This document shows, in pieces, positions 49,755 to 63,244 of a stretch of DNA of 64,000 bases. Positions within the stretch are counted from its first letter, which is position 1. Every line of letters begins with the position of its first letter. The notes beneath the pieces were generated by a model, which saw only the letters and a program-made list of their open reading frames with translations, had not been told where the DNA came from and made no database searches. Location: the NCBI GenBank assembly GCA_963693365.1, contig CAVNZM010000011.1, forward strand, positions 3,453,098 through 3,517,097, read 5' to 3'. The DNA comes from Amoebidium appalachense (Eukaryota; Protista; Ichthyosporea). A program made the translations under genes and the position numbers.

Positions 49755-52700
49755 GGGGGGGGGGGGAGGGGGGGGGGGGGGGGTTACCTTGAAAACGTGT
49801 TTCCTGTCAGTGTAGCCACACGTGCATGCCGGGGGGGGCTTCTTGCCAGCGACCACAAGCCAGTTGACCGTGGCAAAATTTACCGCCTCGGCCAAGCTGC
49901 TACCAGTAGCATACCCAAAGTGGTATGCCCCAGGCAATGTGTAGATGACCTCGCCGGCATGCTGAACCGTGTGCTGCACAGGAACACCCTTCTTCATCAA
50001 GTAACGGGGGTGGATGAACACAGACTGTCCCACCCACATATTAGTCATATGAAAAACCGGGTGGTCGTTTTTGTAAGTGCTTTTTTGTTTTTTGTTCTTC
50101 ACGTCATTCACGTCAGTGTCTACCACTCCCTCTCTCTCTCTCTTCTTGTAGTCCTCTGTTGTGTGTGTGGTCGTTTTTTTTTTTTTTTTTTTTTTTTGGG
50201 GGGGGGGGGGTGGTGAGGGATTACCTTATGCTGTGTGACTTTCTTGCAGATACCGGCCCCCGAAAGGCCAAGCCTCTTGTAGATATCCTCGAGGATAGAC
50301 GTGACCTGTCCATTGTACTCTGCACTGATTATATACCAGCTTTTGTCTCCGGGCCCACGGGTCATGATGTTGACACTTCCGAGCAGACCGTCTTCTGTGT
50401 GGGGCACAAACGGAGACCCCGTCGTGACACTGCAAGGAGGCATGTGATTGGGGTTAAAACAATAATTAGTTCCGACTTCGATGTGATCCAATACATTCCG
50501 AGAAGACCTGACCCATACACATACACCCAGGATGGTTCTGTGAACAAAAGGGGCATTCTGCAAACCTGCCTTTTTTCCCTTTGTTGTTTGTTGTTGTGTT
50601 TTTTTTTTTTGGGGGGGGGGGGAAGGGGTGGGGGGGCATACTTATAGAGCATCGGTGTTGAGATGCCCTCACAGTTCTGGAACTCTCTCGATACAATCGA
50701 GCCCAGCGTCTCCAAGCTGAACATGTAGTCGATTTCTTCCCTCACTACCTGTACACACACCACATTGCATCAACACAACATACACTCTCCGCACAAACAC
50801 ACGCACACACCCATGCCTACACAACATGCACTCTCTGCTGCACAAACACACGCACACACCCATGCCTACACAACATGCACCCTCTGCTGCACACACACGA
50901 ATACACCCATGCCTATACAACATGCACCCTCTGCTGCACACACACGAATACACCCATGCCTACACAACATGCACCCTCTGCTGCACACACACGAATACAC
51001 CCATGCCTACACAACATGCACCCTCTGCTGCACACACACGAATACACCCATGCCTATACAACATGCACCCTCTGCTGCACACACACGAATACACCCATGC
51101 CTACACAACATGCACCCTCTGCTGCACACACACGAATACACCCATGCCTACAGAATTCACCCATGCCTTCACAACATGCACCCTCTGCTGCACACACACG
51201 AATACACCCATGCCTACAGAATACACCCATTCCTTCACAACATGCACCCTCTGCTGCACACACACGAATACACCCATGCCTACAGAATACACCCATGCCT
51301 TCACAACATGCACCCTCTGCTGCACACACACGAATACACCCATGCCTACACAACATGCACCCTCTGCTGCACACACACGAATACACCCATGCCTACAGAA
51401 TACACCCATGCCTTCACAACATGCACCCTCTGCTGCACACACACGAATACACCCATGCCTACAGAATACACCCATGCCTTCACAACATGCACCCTCTGCT
51501 GCACACACACGAATACACCCATGCCTACAGAATACACCCATGCCTTCACAACATGCACCCTCTGCTGCACACACACGAATACACCCATGCCTACAGAATA
51601 CACCCATGCCTTCACAACATGCACCCTCTGCTGCACACACACGAATACACCCATGCCTACAGAATACACCCATGCCTTCACAACATGCACCCTCTGCTGC
51701 ACACACACGAATACACCCATGCCTACACAACATGCACCCTCTGCTGCACACACACGAATACACCCATGCCTACAGAATACACCCATGCCTTCACAACATG
51801 CACCCTCTGCTGCACACACACGAATACACCCATGCCTACAGAATACACCCATGCCTTCACAACATGCACCCTCTGCTGCACACACACGAATACACCCATG
51901 CCTACAGAATACACCCATGCCTTCACAACATGCACCCTCTGCTGCACACACACGAATACACCCATGCCTACAGAATACACCCATGCCTTCACAACATGCA
52001 CCCTCTGCTGCACACACACGAATACACCCATGCCTACACAACATGCACCCTCTGCTGCACACACACGAATACACCCATGCCTACAGAATACACCCATGCC
52101 TTCACAACATGCACCCTCTGCTGCACACACACGAATACACCCATGCCTACAGAATACACCCATGCCTTCACAACATGCACCCTCTGCTGCACACACACGA
52201 ATACACCCATGCCTACACAACATACACCCTCTGCTGCACACACACGAATACACCCATGCCTACAGAATACACCCATGCCTTCACAACATGCACGTTGCTG
52301 CACACACACGAATACACCCATGCCTACACAACATGCACCCTCTGCTGCACACACACGAATACACCCATGCCTTCACAACATGCACCCTCTGCTGCACACA
52401 CGAATACACCCATGCCTACACAACATGCACCCTCTGCTGCACACACACGAATACACCCATGCCTACACAACATGCACCCTCTGCTGCACACACACGAATA
52501 CACCCATGCCTTCACAACATGCACCCTCTGCTGCACACACACGAATACACCCATGCCTACACAACATGCACCCTCTGCTGCACACACACGAATACACCCA
52601 TGCCTACACAACATGCACCCTCTGCTGCACACACACGAATACACCCATGCCTTCACAACATGCACCCTCTGCTGCACACACACGAATACACCCATGCCTA

Positions 52701-55586
52701 CACAACATGCACCCTCTGCTGCACACACACGAATACACCCATGCCTACACAACATGCACCCTCTGCTGCACACACACGAATACACCCATGCCTTCACAAC
52801 ATGCACCCTCTGCTGCACACACACGAATACACCCATGCCTTCACAACATGCACCCTCTGCTGCACACACACGAATACACCCATGCCTACACAACATGCAC
52901 CCTCTGCTGCACACACACGAATACACCCATGCCTACACAACATGCACCCTCAGCTGCACACACACGAATACACCCATGCCTACACAACATGCACCCTCTG
53001 CTGCACACACACGAATACACCCATGCCTTCACAACATGCACCCTCTGCTGCACACACACGAATACACCCATGCCTTCACAACATGCACCCTCTGCTGCAC
53101 ACACACGAATACACCCATGCCTACACAACATGCACCCTCAGCTGCACACACACGAATACACCCATGCCTACACAACATGCACCCTCTGCTGCACACACAC
53201 GAATACACCCATGCCTTCACAACATGCACCCTCTGCTGCACACACACGAATACACCCATGCCTACACAACATGCACCCTCAGCTGCACACACACGAATAC
53301 ACCCATGCCTACACAACATGCACCCTCTGCACAAACACACGCACATACACACACATGACACACACGTACCTCACTGGGCGTATGGGTGTTTTTAAGAGGT
53401 GTCAGATCCGTTCCGTAAAAGAACATTTTACTGTAAGTTTCCGGTAAGCAGTCCAATTGCCCCCAGAACTCCTCCTCATCCAACGGGTCCCCCTGCTCAA
53501 TCGTGTTAGCTCCTGTTCACGGTAACCATACCCTAATGGTTGCAAATACGCACCTCTGGAATTTGCTCTTTGATGTCGTCCCTATAAACGAGGAAGACAT
53601 CCTTGATGGCGGTAGCCTCCAGACAGATCTTGGTGTAGGATTTTCTCACTGGTGTGGCCCAAGCAGCCTCTTTCAGCCCCTGCACTACCGGTTCGGGAAG
53701 CATGAACTTGACGGCACCAGCTGCCCGAACCTCGTGTCGTTTTTCCATTACCCTAACTATCGTCTCAAATGAGAGCTTTTCTAACTGCAGTTGGCTGAGA
53801 TGTTTCACGGGTACCTCGGTGAACCCCACCGACTCCCCTGTCTCCGCCCCCTGCTGTTGCCCCCTATCCGCCTCCTCCGCTTCTTGCTCTGTGTGTGTGT
53901 GTGTGTGTGTGCCATGCGTGTGTGCACGTGTGTGCCGGGTGTGTGTGCATGTTTGTGCCGGGTGTGCGTGTGCGTGTGTGTCGGGGTGGGGGGTAGGATT
54001 AGCCAAGGTGGATGCACGTGTGCAGGTGTGTGCTCTCTCTCTCTCTCTGTGTATGTGTGTGGTGGTGGTGGTGGTTGGGTGTGTGTGGCGGGGACTAGTC
54101 GAGGTGCCCAGGTGCATGCATGCGTGCAGACGTGTAATGGCTTGTGTGTTGGGGGGGTGGGGGGGGGGGGGGGGGGGGATAGCCTGGCAGGTGCATGTGT
54201 GCGTGCAGACGTATGATCCCTTCCGTGTGTGTGCGGGGAGAGGGGGGATAGCCCAGGTGCATGCATGCGTGCAGACGTGTGATCCCTTCCGTGTGTGTGC
54301 GGGGAGAGGGGGGATAGCCCAGGTGCATGCATGCGTGCAGACGTGTGATCCCTTCCGTGTGTGTGCGGGGAGAGGGGGGATAGCCCAAGTGCATGCATGC
54401 GTGCAGACGTGTGATCCCTTCCGTGTGTGTGCGGGGAGAGGGGGGATAGCCCAGGTGCATGCATGCGTGCAGACGTGTAATGGCTTGTGTGTTGGGGGGG
54501 GGGGGGGGGGGGGGGGGGAGCGGGGGGATAGCCCAGGTGCATGCGTGCGTGCAGACGTGTGATCCCTTCCGTGTGTGTGCGGGGAGAGGGGGGATAGCCC
54601 AGGTGCATGCATGCGTGCAGACGTGTAATGGCTTGTGTGTTGGGGGGGGGGGGGGGGGGGGGGTTACCCGGCCTGAAATCCCAAGGAGATGTGTTGCGGG
54701 TGTGGCGGTAGCCCTCTGCCCCCTCTGCCCCTCCCTCTCCTCCCCCATCCCCACCCTCTCCCTCTCCCTCCCCCTCCCCCTCTCCCCCCTCCCCACCCCC
54801 ACCCTCTCCCTCTCCCTCCCCCTCCCCCTCTCCCCCCTCCCCACGCCCACCCTCTCCCTCTCCCTCCCCCTCCCCCTCTCCCCCCTCCCCACCCCCACCC
54901 TCTCCCTCTCCCTCCCCCTCTCCCTCCCCCTCTCCCCCCTCCCCACCCCCTCCCTCTCCCCCCTCCACTCTTGCCCGCTTTCTCGGTCGGTCACTCGTCG
55001 GTGCAGGTAGCTTGAAAGCGGGGCTGCCTGGGGGGCTACGTGCAGCCCCATCCCACCACACTTTCCATCCGTGCTTTTTGAAGATGCGACAAATCTGGAA
55101 CTCCCCCGGCAAAGTACCCACCACGGCAGGTATGCGACTGTAGTCCTTACTGCCAGGATACAGAGAAATGCGACCGAGCTTCACCGCCCAACCCTCACTC
55201 GAAAACGGATGATAGCTGTGAAGATCATAGATCTTCCATCGAGGACCACCAAATCTGAGAATCCAGGCTACAACTTCCGGGATGCCCATGTCGTTTTCGA
55301 ATTCGTGTAGGTTGTAGTTCTTCCTGCAACTAGGACGTCCGTCGTCCAGTTCAATCAAAAAAACATAAACATGTTCTGAACCCGTTGGCATCACCAAATA
55401 TATGATCGGTGCGAGTTTTTTTTTTTGAGGATGACGATAAATACTCTGACGTGTGAGTAGCCTTTTACCGGTAAATATAACTGACGGATCAACGTCGTTC
55501 GAAAGCCTAAATGTGGGTGGGTCGAGTGGTATGCTGCTCGGGAATGCACGAGTGATGAGCGCCAGAATATTGCCGTTAACAGCCAT
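49307..55586 (-). CDS. KDM4: KDM4-like JmjN/JmjC histone demethylase, 7 exons (55586-54668, 53888-53554, 53492-53370, 50748-50642, 50429-50225, 50024-49788, 49396-49307), ~671 aa
   Basis: Manual GT-AG splicing keeps one open frame: AGAVKFMLP (JmjN-like), EEFW..YGTD, GISTPMLY, FVPHTED..SVN...KSWY, C..TQHK, QHAGE..TLPGAYH.G...AEAVNFAT..W, CTC. Confidence 0.9.
50770..53340. repeat. Intronic minisatellite, 47-bp and 66-bp units
   Basis: ACCCATGCCTACACAACATGCACCCTCTGCTGCACACACACGAATAC with or without a 19-bp add-on. Confidence 0.97.
54100..54662. repeat. Intronic 66-bp minisatellite
   Basis: GATAGCCCAGGTGCATGCATGCGTGCAGACGTGT units. Confidence 0.9.
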
Positions 55587-55701
55587 GTTGCTGTGTGTGT
55601 TTTTGTGATGTGTGTAATTGTGAGCACCCTCTGCCTGTAAGACTGTCTGTGAGAGCGCTCTGTCTGTGTGCTTGTGCCACCGTGTTGTAGCGCTCGTGCT
55701 T

Positions 55702-55848
<147 letters not shown>

Positions 55849-56147
55849 AATCGTTCCTAGGAAAGCTCGTGCATGCGCGCGCTATGTTTTTTGTGTCCAG
55901 TCTAACAATGTTTGTGTTTAGCAGAACTCGTTTGTGTGTGTGCTCTGTTTTCGTATCCCAAACAATCTACGATTGTGTGCATAAGCCTAAAATGTGCCTC
56001 GCACAGGGAAACATGAAGGAAATTCTATGTATCTGTATTGGCTAAAAAAGGGGACAACTGATAGCGCGGTGTGCACAGGTTATTATAACAAGTTTCTTTG
56101 TTGTTTTCGTTCTGTTTTTGGCAATCTAGCCTATTTGTAATTACAAT

Positions 56148-56415
56148 GGAAACATGTACAACAGCAGCGCCGGGCGAAAGTGACACGAACTGGTGTGGTG
56201 CGCTTGATTATGTTTGAAACATGCACAACAGCAGCGCTGGGCGAAAGTGACACGAACTGATGTGGTGCGCCTGATTACGTTTGAAACATGCACAACAGCA
56301 GCGCTGGGCGAAAGTGACACGAATTGGTGTGGCGCGCTTGGTTATGTTTGAAACATGTACAACAGCAGCGCCGGGCGAAAGTAACACGAACTGGTGTGGT
56401 GCGCTTGGTTATATT
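56148..56415. repeat. 67-bp tandem repeat x4
   Basis: AAACATG.ACAACAGCAGCGC.GGGCGAAAGT at 56150, 56217, 56284, 56351. Confidence 0.92.
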
Positions 56416-58018
56416 TGTTCGTTCGGGAATCAAGATGGACTCTTGTAATTTCTCCGTTGTATATAGAGCGCAAAGAGAGTGTTGAACATATATTCTCATT
56501 TCGCAAAGCTTGAAGCAAGCAAGAAAATCACGTTTTTGATGACTGGCCAATTAATGTTTTGTTCAGTTTGGCCAATGGAATCACTGATTGGCGCGTACGT
56601 GATAATAAGCTAATCAGTGAGATCGGCTAATAATAGTTTGGGTAGCAAGGCCAGCCTGCCCAACCAAGACCCTTTTGCGAGTAACAATTGTGATTTATTC
56701 TAATAGGCAATAAATATTAAAAAAGCATAATTTATTTATGTTTATTTATACTTTACGCGGACACAGACATTTGCTTGGAATTTTGTTTGGAAAGGGTCCT
56801 GTGAATCTGGTCTTCGAAAAGCGTTGCAGCCTTGAGTCACGGTGTATTGACCAACTAGATTGTACCAATGCCGATAAGCGCTTGCCTAGAGTACCAGTGC
56901 CCGATCACGTTGACCCAACCATTATTCACCAATCACCGATTGGTTTTGTTGGCTGGCGCATTTACGTGATGACTGGCCAATGAAATTACTTAGTGACTGA
57001 TAGCAGCACCGACCCTGGAGCGTTTTGACTGAGCAAGGAATAAGGGAAATCCTAAAAGAGGGTTGTATGTTTTATGACATATAAGGTTCTATAAATAAAC
57101 AACCATGCGCTTGGGATTTTGGTTGGAAAGCGTTTTGTATTTGCCCAATTTGAATCCGATGCTTCGATTTCGGTCAATCAGAATACCCTGAGCATCAGCG
57201 CCGCGAATCACGTGGGGCAAGAACGAACCCCTATGCACCAATCAAACGCTTGCACGTAAAAAGGTCCGCGAATAAGATGTTGTGAAAGCGTATATCCTTC
57301 GATGTTTTAAACTAGCGCTCGTTTTGTCCTGTATATTATATTTTTCTATGAAAACTACTCCGGGACGTGTGTTGCCTCTAGGGGGACATCCCCTTGGACG
57401 AAAGTGAACCTGCAATGGTTGTAAACCACGGCAAGCCCCCAGTCATCAATTTATTGATCCGTGAGGTCCTTGTGCCCAAAAAACGGGGGAAGTCTTCGCC
57501 CCGTGAAAAAACAGCACGTATGTGGGGATCAATGGGGGTTGAGTGTAGGGTGTAGGTGGGTGGGTGAAAAAGAAAATATAGCTGTAAAGCTGTAGGTGCT
57601 AAACACAGAGGATGTGTTGTTGCTTGCTGATCTGCTAAAAACTGTCGTGCTTATATACCTAAGGCTGCCGAACTGAGCCAATCAAAACCGATCTAGTGTT
57701 ATGTGAAATCTTATCCTGAGCCAATCAAACTCGGTCTAGTGATCTGTGGAATCTGATGCTTTGATCGGCTAATAGGTGCCCGTATGCGGGCAGCCGAACG
57801 CGAACTGCTAAAACATGAAACGAAGCCTGTTGATATCGGACACCCATCCTACGTGTTTACCCAGAAAAATATTTATGTCAATAATTTCCACAAATAAAAC
57901 CTCTATGAAAACTACTCCGGGACGTGTGTTGCCTCTAGGGGGACATCCCCTTGGACGAAAGTGAACCTGCAATGGTTGTAAACCACGGCACGAGAGCAGT
58001 ATGCTTGCTCCAAAGGTT

Positions 58019-59050
58019 TCACTTAAGAATAGAGGCGAATACACGTGTGGTAGTGGCAGCAATGGAGGCCGGACGAAGTCGGGTATAGATCAGGAAACAG
58101 TCGGAGGACCACCTGCCGAGTTGTTTGATCCGGGAGTCGTCGACCCCGGCCTCAGCCAGTGCTGTGGGCCCCCCGATGCGGAGGCTGTGTCCGGCAAACC
58201 GGGAGGGTGAGAGGCCTGCCCGGGAGAGGAGGGCACGGAAGTCGGCAGAGAAAGCACTCTTGGTGTAGGGGATGCCACCGAGACTGAAGAGGGGGTCGTT
58301 GGGTTGACCGGACGTTGTATCCAGGAACTGCCGGAGGAGATGGGCTGGGGAGAAGTGGGTGAGGGGCAGGGCAGCTAGAGTGACGTTGACACCTCGGGCC
58401 TGTACATCCGTCTTAGAGGTTGGCAGGTGGAGGGTGGCATGGGACAAAGTCACGGTACCGGTGGGGGTGTAGGTGAAGGTCACGTCTTTCCGTTTAACGT
58501 GACGGGACGGGTCAAAGGAAGTCAGGGTTTTGGAGGTAAATTCCCCCGAACGGAGGAGACCACAGAAACCGACGATGAGGGCCGTCCATAGCCGTAGATT
58601 AGCCGAGGAGGCCTTGGTGGGGCACTGGCCATGGAGTAGGCTAAGGTGGGAGGGCAGGAGGGGCTCCCTGGTGGATGATCGGGGTCGGATGTTGTGAGAA
58701 AGCTGCCATCTGCCCACCCCTCGGAAGAACCAGGCCAGAGACTTGTCGTGGGGGTAGGGAGCAGGGAGGCCCATGTCGAGGTGGAGTCTGGTGATGGCTG
58801 AATTGTAGCCGGCCAAGGAAGAGGCCTGTACCCCTCGTTGGGCACACCAGGCGAGAAAAAGCTGCACGGTGTGGGGGGAGGCCGGGAGGGAGGACCCGGC
58901 GGAGGATTGCAGCCGAGATGCCACACAAAAATCGATGAACACATTTTTTTTTTTTTTTTTTGTACCCTGGAGTAAAAGGCCCGAGAGTCGAGGTTGAGAC
59001 TCAGGGCCTGGCATTCCTGCAGGGTAGTGGTGGCACGAAGCAGCTCGGCC
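58019..59050 (-). CDS. DIRS-group tyrosine recombinase (frame slip at poly-T 58944-58961)
   Basis: GLLRSGE, SKTD, GHSLRIGG, LGRWSS..F..Y: R-K-H-R-W-Y residues present. Confidence 0.92.
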   Translation of the reverse strand, partial: GRAASCHHYPAGMPGPESQPRLSGLLLQGTKKKKKNVFIDFCVASRLQSSAGSSLPASPHTVQLFLAWCAQRGVQASSLAGYNSAITRLHLDMGLPAPYPHDKSLAWFFRGVGRWQLSHNIRPRSSTREPLLPSHLSLLHGQCPTKASSANLRLWTALIVGFCGLLRSGEFTSKTLTSFDPSRHVKRKDVTFTYTPTGTVTLSHATLHLPTSKTDVQARGVNVTLAALPLTHFSPAHLLRQFLDTTSGQPNDPLFSLGGIPYTKSAFSADFRALLSRAGLSPSRFAGHSLRIGGPTALAEAGVDDSRIKQLGRWSSDCFLIYTRLRPASIAATTTRVFASILK

Positions 59051-59395
59051 GGAGCAAAGTGGGGGGCCAATCGGCCAGCGTTGCTCCGGAAGGGGAGATC
59101 GGGGGGGGGGGGGGGGGGGGGGGGGGGTGAGCCCAGGGGAAGGGATAGGAACTTGTGGACCCAGAAGGGGAAGGGGCAGGGCTCCGGTTGCAGGTAAGGT
59201 CGAAGTCGTCGGGTCCGGGGAAGTTGGTTACGGAGGAGCTGCGCGGCGAATGATTGGGCTGGGTAGGGGGGCCAGCAGCTCCCAGAGGCGGGAGGTGTCA
59301 ACGTGGTGCTGGGGCAGCGGGCGGGCCACCGGGGCTGAGCCTCGGGGGAAGGGGTGGTTAGCAAGGGTGGGGCACCCTCGGGGAGATCCCGGCAT

Positions 59396-59443
<48 letters not shown>

Positions 59444-59820
59444 CAGGGCCCCGGGGGGTTAGAGTAGGGCAGCTGGGCCCGAGGGAGGGTTTGCAGGGAG
59501 GGCAGCGGGGCCCTGTGCAGGGGATGCCCGAGCACGCGCGGGTGTGGGCGTACACAGAGTTAGAAGAAGGGAGGGAGCGCTAGGTGAGTGTAAGGGGGGG
59601 AGGCTCGTGGGATGGGGGGGGGAGTAAATTTATGTGCAGTGGCCAGAATAACGTCTTTGTGTAGGGACATTTATTCTTGGCGCGCGGGCGCCGTAGTTGG
59701 CCTGCGAAAAATGTTACTCAGCCCTAGTGCCCCGTTTTTCCCGAGCTCCGTGTCCTTGGACCCGTGTAACCTAGCTCCTAGCCCCTATGTTCTATCTGTG
59801 GGTGTGGGTGTGCGCGTAGA

Positions 59821-60381
59821 CTAGGCATTGTGCTTGCAGTCTTTGCGGGGGTGTGTGCCAGAGCAGAGCGGGCACACGTGGGAGAAGGGGCAGGGCTGCT
59901 TAGCGCAGGACCGACCGTTGTGGAAATTCCTGCAGTGTGTTGCGGGTAGATCCACGGGTCGGGCCGGTGGTGCCGGGCCGGGTTGCGGGCCGGGTCGGTT
60001 GGGGGTTTGTCCCCCGCCGGGCTTGTGGGGGGGCTCGAAACCATCAAGACCACAGCCGGGCTTGGGGTACATGGGGCAGGCCGCGCTGGGGTGGTCGGGG
60101 GAAGCCGCAACGCTGACATGCGTCCGGGATGAGCAGAGTGGGTGGCAGGAGGAGATCCTGGTGGAGTTGGGCGAGCAGGTTGGGACACTCGATCGGAGCC
60201 CGACCCTGTTGGTGGGCAACGGTTCGGGCGTATACGTCATAGTTGTGGATCTGGGTCCACGGGTATCGGGTGCTGAGGCGAGTGATGCGTTGGTCAGCCT
60301 GTGGCGGAGGTCGCTGCGGGTTAGGCGCTTAGGTGCCGCGGTAGGGGCGGCGGCTGAGGCCTGGCGCTTTTTCGGCGGCAT
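59821..60381 (-). CDS. Gag-like protein of the YR retroelement
   Basis: CRNFHNGRSC..PCPFSHVCPLCSGTHPRKDC (CCCH plus CCHC). Confidence 0.8.
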   Translation of the reverse strand: MPPKKRQASAAAPTAAPKRLTRSDLRHRLTNASLASAPDTRGPRSTTMTYTPEPLPTNRVGLRSSVPTCSPNSTRISSCHPLCSSRTHVSVAASPDHPSAACPMYPKPGCGLDGFEPPHKPGGGQTPNRPGPQPGPAPPARPVDLPATHCRNFHNGRSCAKQPCPFSHVCPLCSGTHPRKDCKHNA

Positions 60382-61302
60382 GCTGACCGGCGTAGGGAAA
60401 GATAGGGAGAAGAAAAGAAAAAGAAAATATAGCTGTAAAGCTGTAGGTGCTAAACACAGAGGATGTGTTGTTGCTTGCTGATCTGCTAAAAACTGTCGTG
60501 CTTATATACCTAAGGCTGCCGAACTGAGCCAATCAAAACCGATCTAGTGTTATGTGAAATCTTATCCTGAGCCAATCAAACTCGGTCTAGTGATCTGTGG
60601 AATCTGATGCTTTGATCGGCTAATAGGTGCCCGTATGCGGGCAGCCGAACGCGAACTGCTAAAACATGAAACGAAGCCTGTTGATATCGGACACCCATCC
60701 TACGTGTTTACCCAGAAAAATATTTATGTCAATAATTTCCACAAATAAAACCTATTTCGTATATTCACCTTTTTTATACAGTTTACCTGTGAACCAAACA
60801 CGATTAGAGATATATTCGCTAACAGCGCCAAAAGGTTCTGTTTTTCTTATGCTTGATTCTCGTAACATAAGATCGTATTTTGCGCAATGGCTTCACATAA
60901 ATTATTGATGACGGTTTTTTTATATCAGTTCACAGCGCTGTCATTTTCTACTTTTCTGATTCTTTTGTTCATGGCTGTGTTTGCACACGACGGTGTTTGC
61001 CTAGAGAAACGTAACACTCTCTTTTTTTTTTCTTTTTCTCTTGTTCACGACTGGGTTTGCACAGGACTGTGTTTGCGCAGAGAAACGTAACACTCTTTTT
61101 TTTTTACTTTTTCCTTTGTTCACAACAGAGAATCGTATTCGTAGCACTTTCTTTTTTTTTTCCTTTTTCCCTTGTTTTTTTTTTTTTACTTTTTCCCTTG
61201 TTCACGACTGGGTTTGCACACAACTGTGTTTGCGCAGAGAAACGTAAGACTTCCTTTCTTTTTTTCCCTTTGTTTATCCTTTTTTTTGTGAAAACTGTCA
61301 CG

Positions 61303-62150
61303 ATGGATTATTCCCAGCAAGCTCCCGGGTCGGGGTCATACGAAACCAACATCAGCAAGTCCGCCGACCCCGTCACAACGCAAGCCCCCCCCCCCCATCC
61401 AACCCCCCCCCACACTCCGGCGGCGAAGTCCCCTCCCCAACCAACCCCCCCCACACTCAGGCTCCGGCGGCGACGTCCCCCCCCCCCATCCAACCCCCCC
61501 CCCCACACTCCGGCGACACTGCTCCCGTCGATCCAAAAATGTTCGAAGAGTACTTGGAGACTGTGTTGCAGTCGAAAGTAGACAGTGCCATTGCCTCTGC
61601 ATTGGCAAAGGTCGGTACTGCGGCCACTGCACCCGCTGTCACCACCCCAACCACCGAATTGCAGGAGAAGCTGGAAGCCGCAGAGAAAGAATTACAAACG
61701 AAGGATCACGACATCCAAATCCTTAAGGGGGAAATTGCCGAGCTAAAATCGGCGGCGGCCAAACAAAAACACCTTGCAGATGCAAAGGAACAGGTGTTAT
61801 CGGCAAAGAATCGGGACCTCGAAGGGCAGCTTGTTGGAAAGGTGGCCGATATCCTGGAGCATCAGACTGAAGGGGAAAGATACCGGGCCGAGATTACCAA
61901 GCTTCAGTCACACATTGCGACCATGAGGGAATCATACCGTAGAACAATCGACGAGAGCACACAGAAACTTCGTGATTGGAATGACCCCCAGCCCCTCCCC
62001 GACATTACCGTCCAACACGGTCTCGCCCCCTGTTATTTTGTGTGGGTAAACGGAGAAGCAGAGAGCACAGATGGGTGTTATGTAAAACACAACACAAAGA
62101 CACACGGGAAAAACACAACCGGAGAGGAGGAACGATTTCTGGAACCATAG
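61303..62150 (+). CDS. Coiled-coil hypothetical protein (5' part uncertain across poly-C repeats)
   Basis: Heptad-rich ORF 61539..62150; possible start MDYSQQ at 61303. Confidence 0.5.
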
Positions 62151-62731
62151 GAAGTGAATACGACTGCTTGTGATTTATTTCAAGATGAGGTCCCTTTTAT
62201 ACTTGGGAATGTGAAATGATAAACCAATCAAAAGAATGAAAACTATGAGTGTAAAATATATCGAATAAAATGTCTGTCGACATTTAGAATATAAAACTCA
62301 ATCCTCTAATGAAAGAAACTTCTAATAAAAGCATGGAAACATTTAATAAAATGAAACCACTTATGTAACTATTAATTCATAACATATATTTATACATGTT
62401 CTTATCATAACACGTCTAAATATAATTATTCCTAATAGTTGAAGAACATAGCACAATGCTACGTCGTGGGAAAGAAATGAGAAAGGAATGTAAGTTACTA
62501 TATTTGGGAAAATACAAACGAGATATGATTGGATGACATATATAGATTTTGACGCAAACGACAATACGTGTGCGCGAGCTAAGTATGTCGATACGTACAC
62601 AGATCTAAGATGTCGTGTACACGGAAACGGAAAAGAAAGAAAGAAATGAAGAAAGGAAAAGGAAACAAACTACAACAACTAATAAATAAATACCAAACTC
62701 AACTTCTAAGTCTTGCTGAGAATTAAGTGAA

Positions 62732-63244
62732 GATGACACCCCCCCCCTCCCCCCCCCTGGTACGACCAATCAAAATCCCATCCCCACCCTCCCCCCGCCC
62801 GGTACCACTCAGCCCAAAACCCCCCTCAACCTCCCCCTGCCCATTCTCCCCCTCCCCCCACCTGTCATGCCCGTACCCCCCTTCAATCCGTCCCTCACCA
62901 CCGTTACCAGCACCCAATCCCACACTTTTGGTGCCTCCATGATGTCGAACCCCTCTGCATATTCCCAGGGTTCAAAGAGAGGGGTGTCAGATATTTCTTT
63001 TGGTGTGTACAAACGGCACCGCCAGGAAGAGACGTCATTTGAGACGGCATTAGATGAGGAATTGGAGGACATGATGGCTTTGGGCGAGAAGTTCGAGGGG
63101 AAGAAAGGGAAAGAAAGTGGTCGAGCAAAGAAACCAAAACAGAGTCAGAAACCAGCCCCTGCCCGCAGTGGCAGGACACGAGCAAAGCAAGTTTCAGATA
63201 TACAGGTTATTCACGGGGACAGTGATGAAGACGATGAAGATTAG
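62732..63244 (+). CDS. Hypothetical exon/ORF with basic and acidic C-terminal tracts
   Basis: ORF 62867..63244 ends KKGKE..KKPKQ..DSDEDDED; may be the last exon of the preceding gene. Confidence 0.35.
   Translation, partial: DDTPPLPPPGTTNQNPIPTLPPPGTTQPKTPLNLPLPILPLPPPVMPVPPFNPSLTTVTSTQSHTFGASMMSNPSAYSQGSKRGVSDISFGVYKRHRQEETSFETALDEELEDMMALGEKFEGKKGKESGRAKKPKQSQKPAPARSGRTRAKQVSDIQVIHGDSDEDDED

Larger units (their letters stand above)
57345..60753 (-). mobile_element. Ngaro/PAT-like tyrosine-recombinase retrotransposon with split direct repeats, RT deleted
   Basis: A1 60417-60753, gag, YR, B1 57902-57990, A2 57566-57902, B2 57345-57433 (A 337 bp, B 89 bp). Confidence 0.9.

Noticed and set aside
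50765-53447. Three 830-880-aa ORFs on the + strand
   Set aside because: Stop-free minisatellite open in all frames; it lies inside a KDM4 intron on the other strand.
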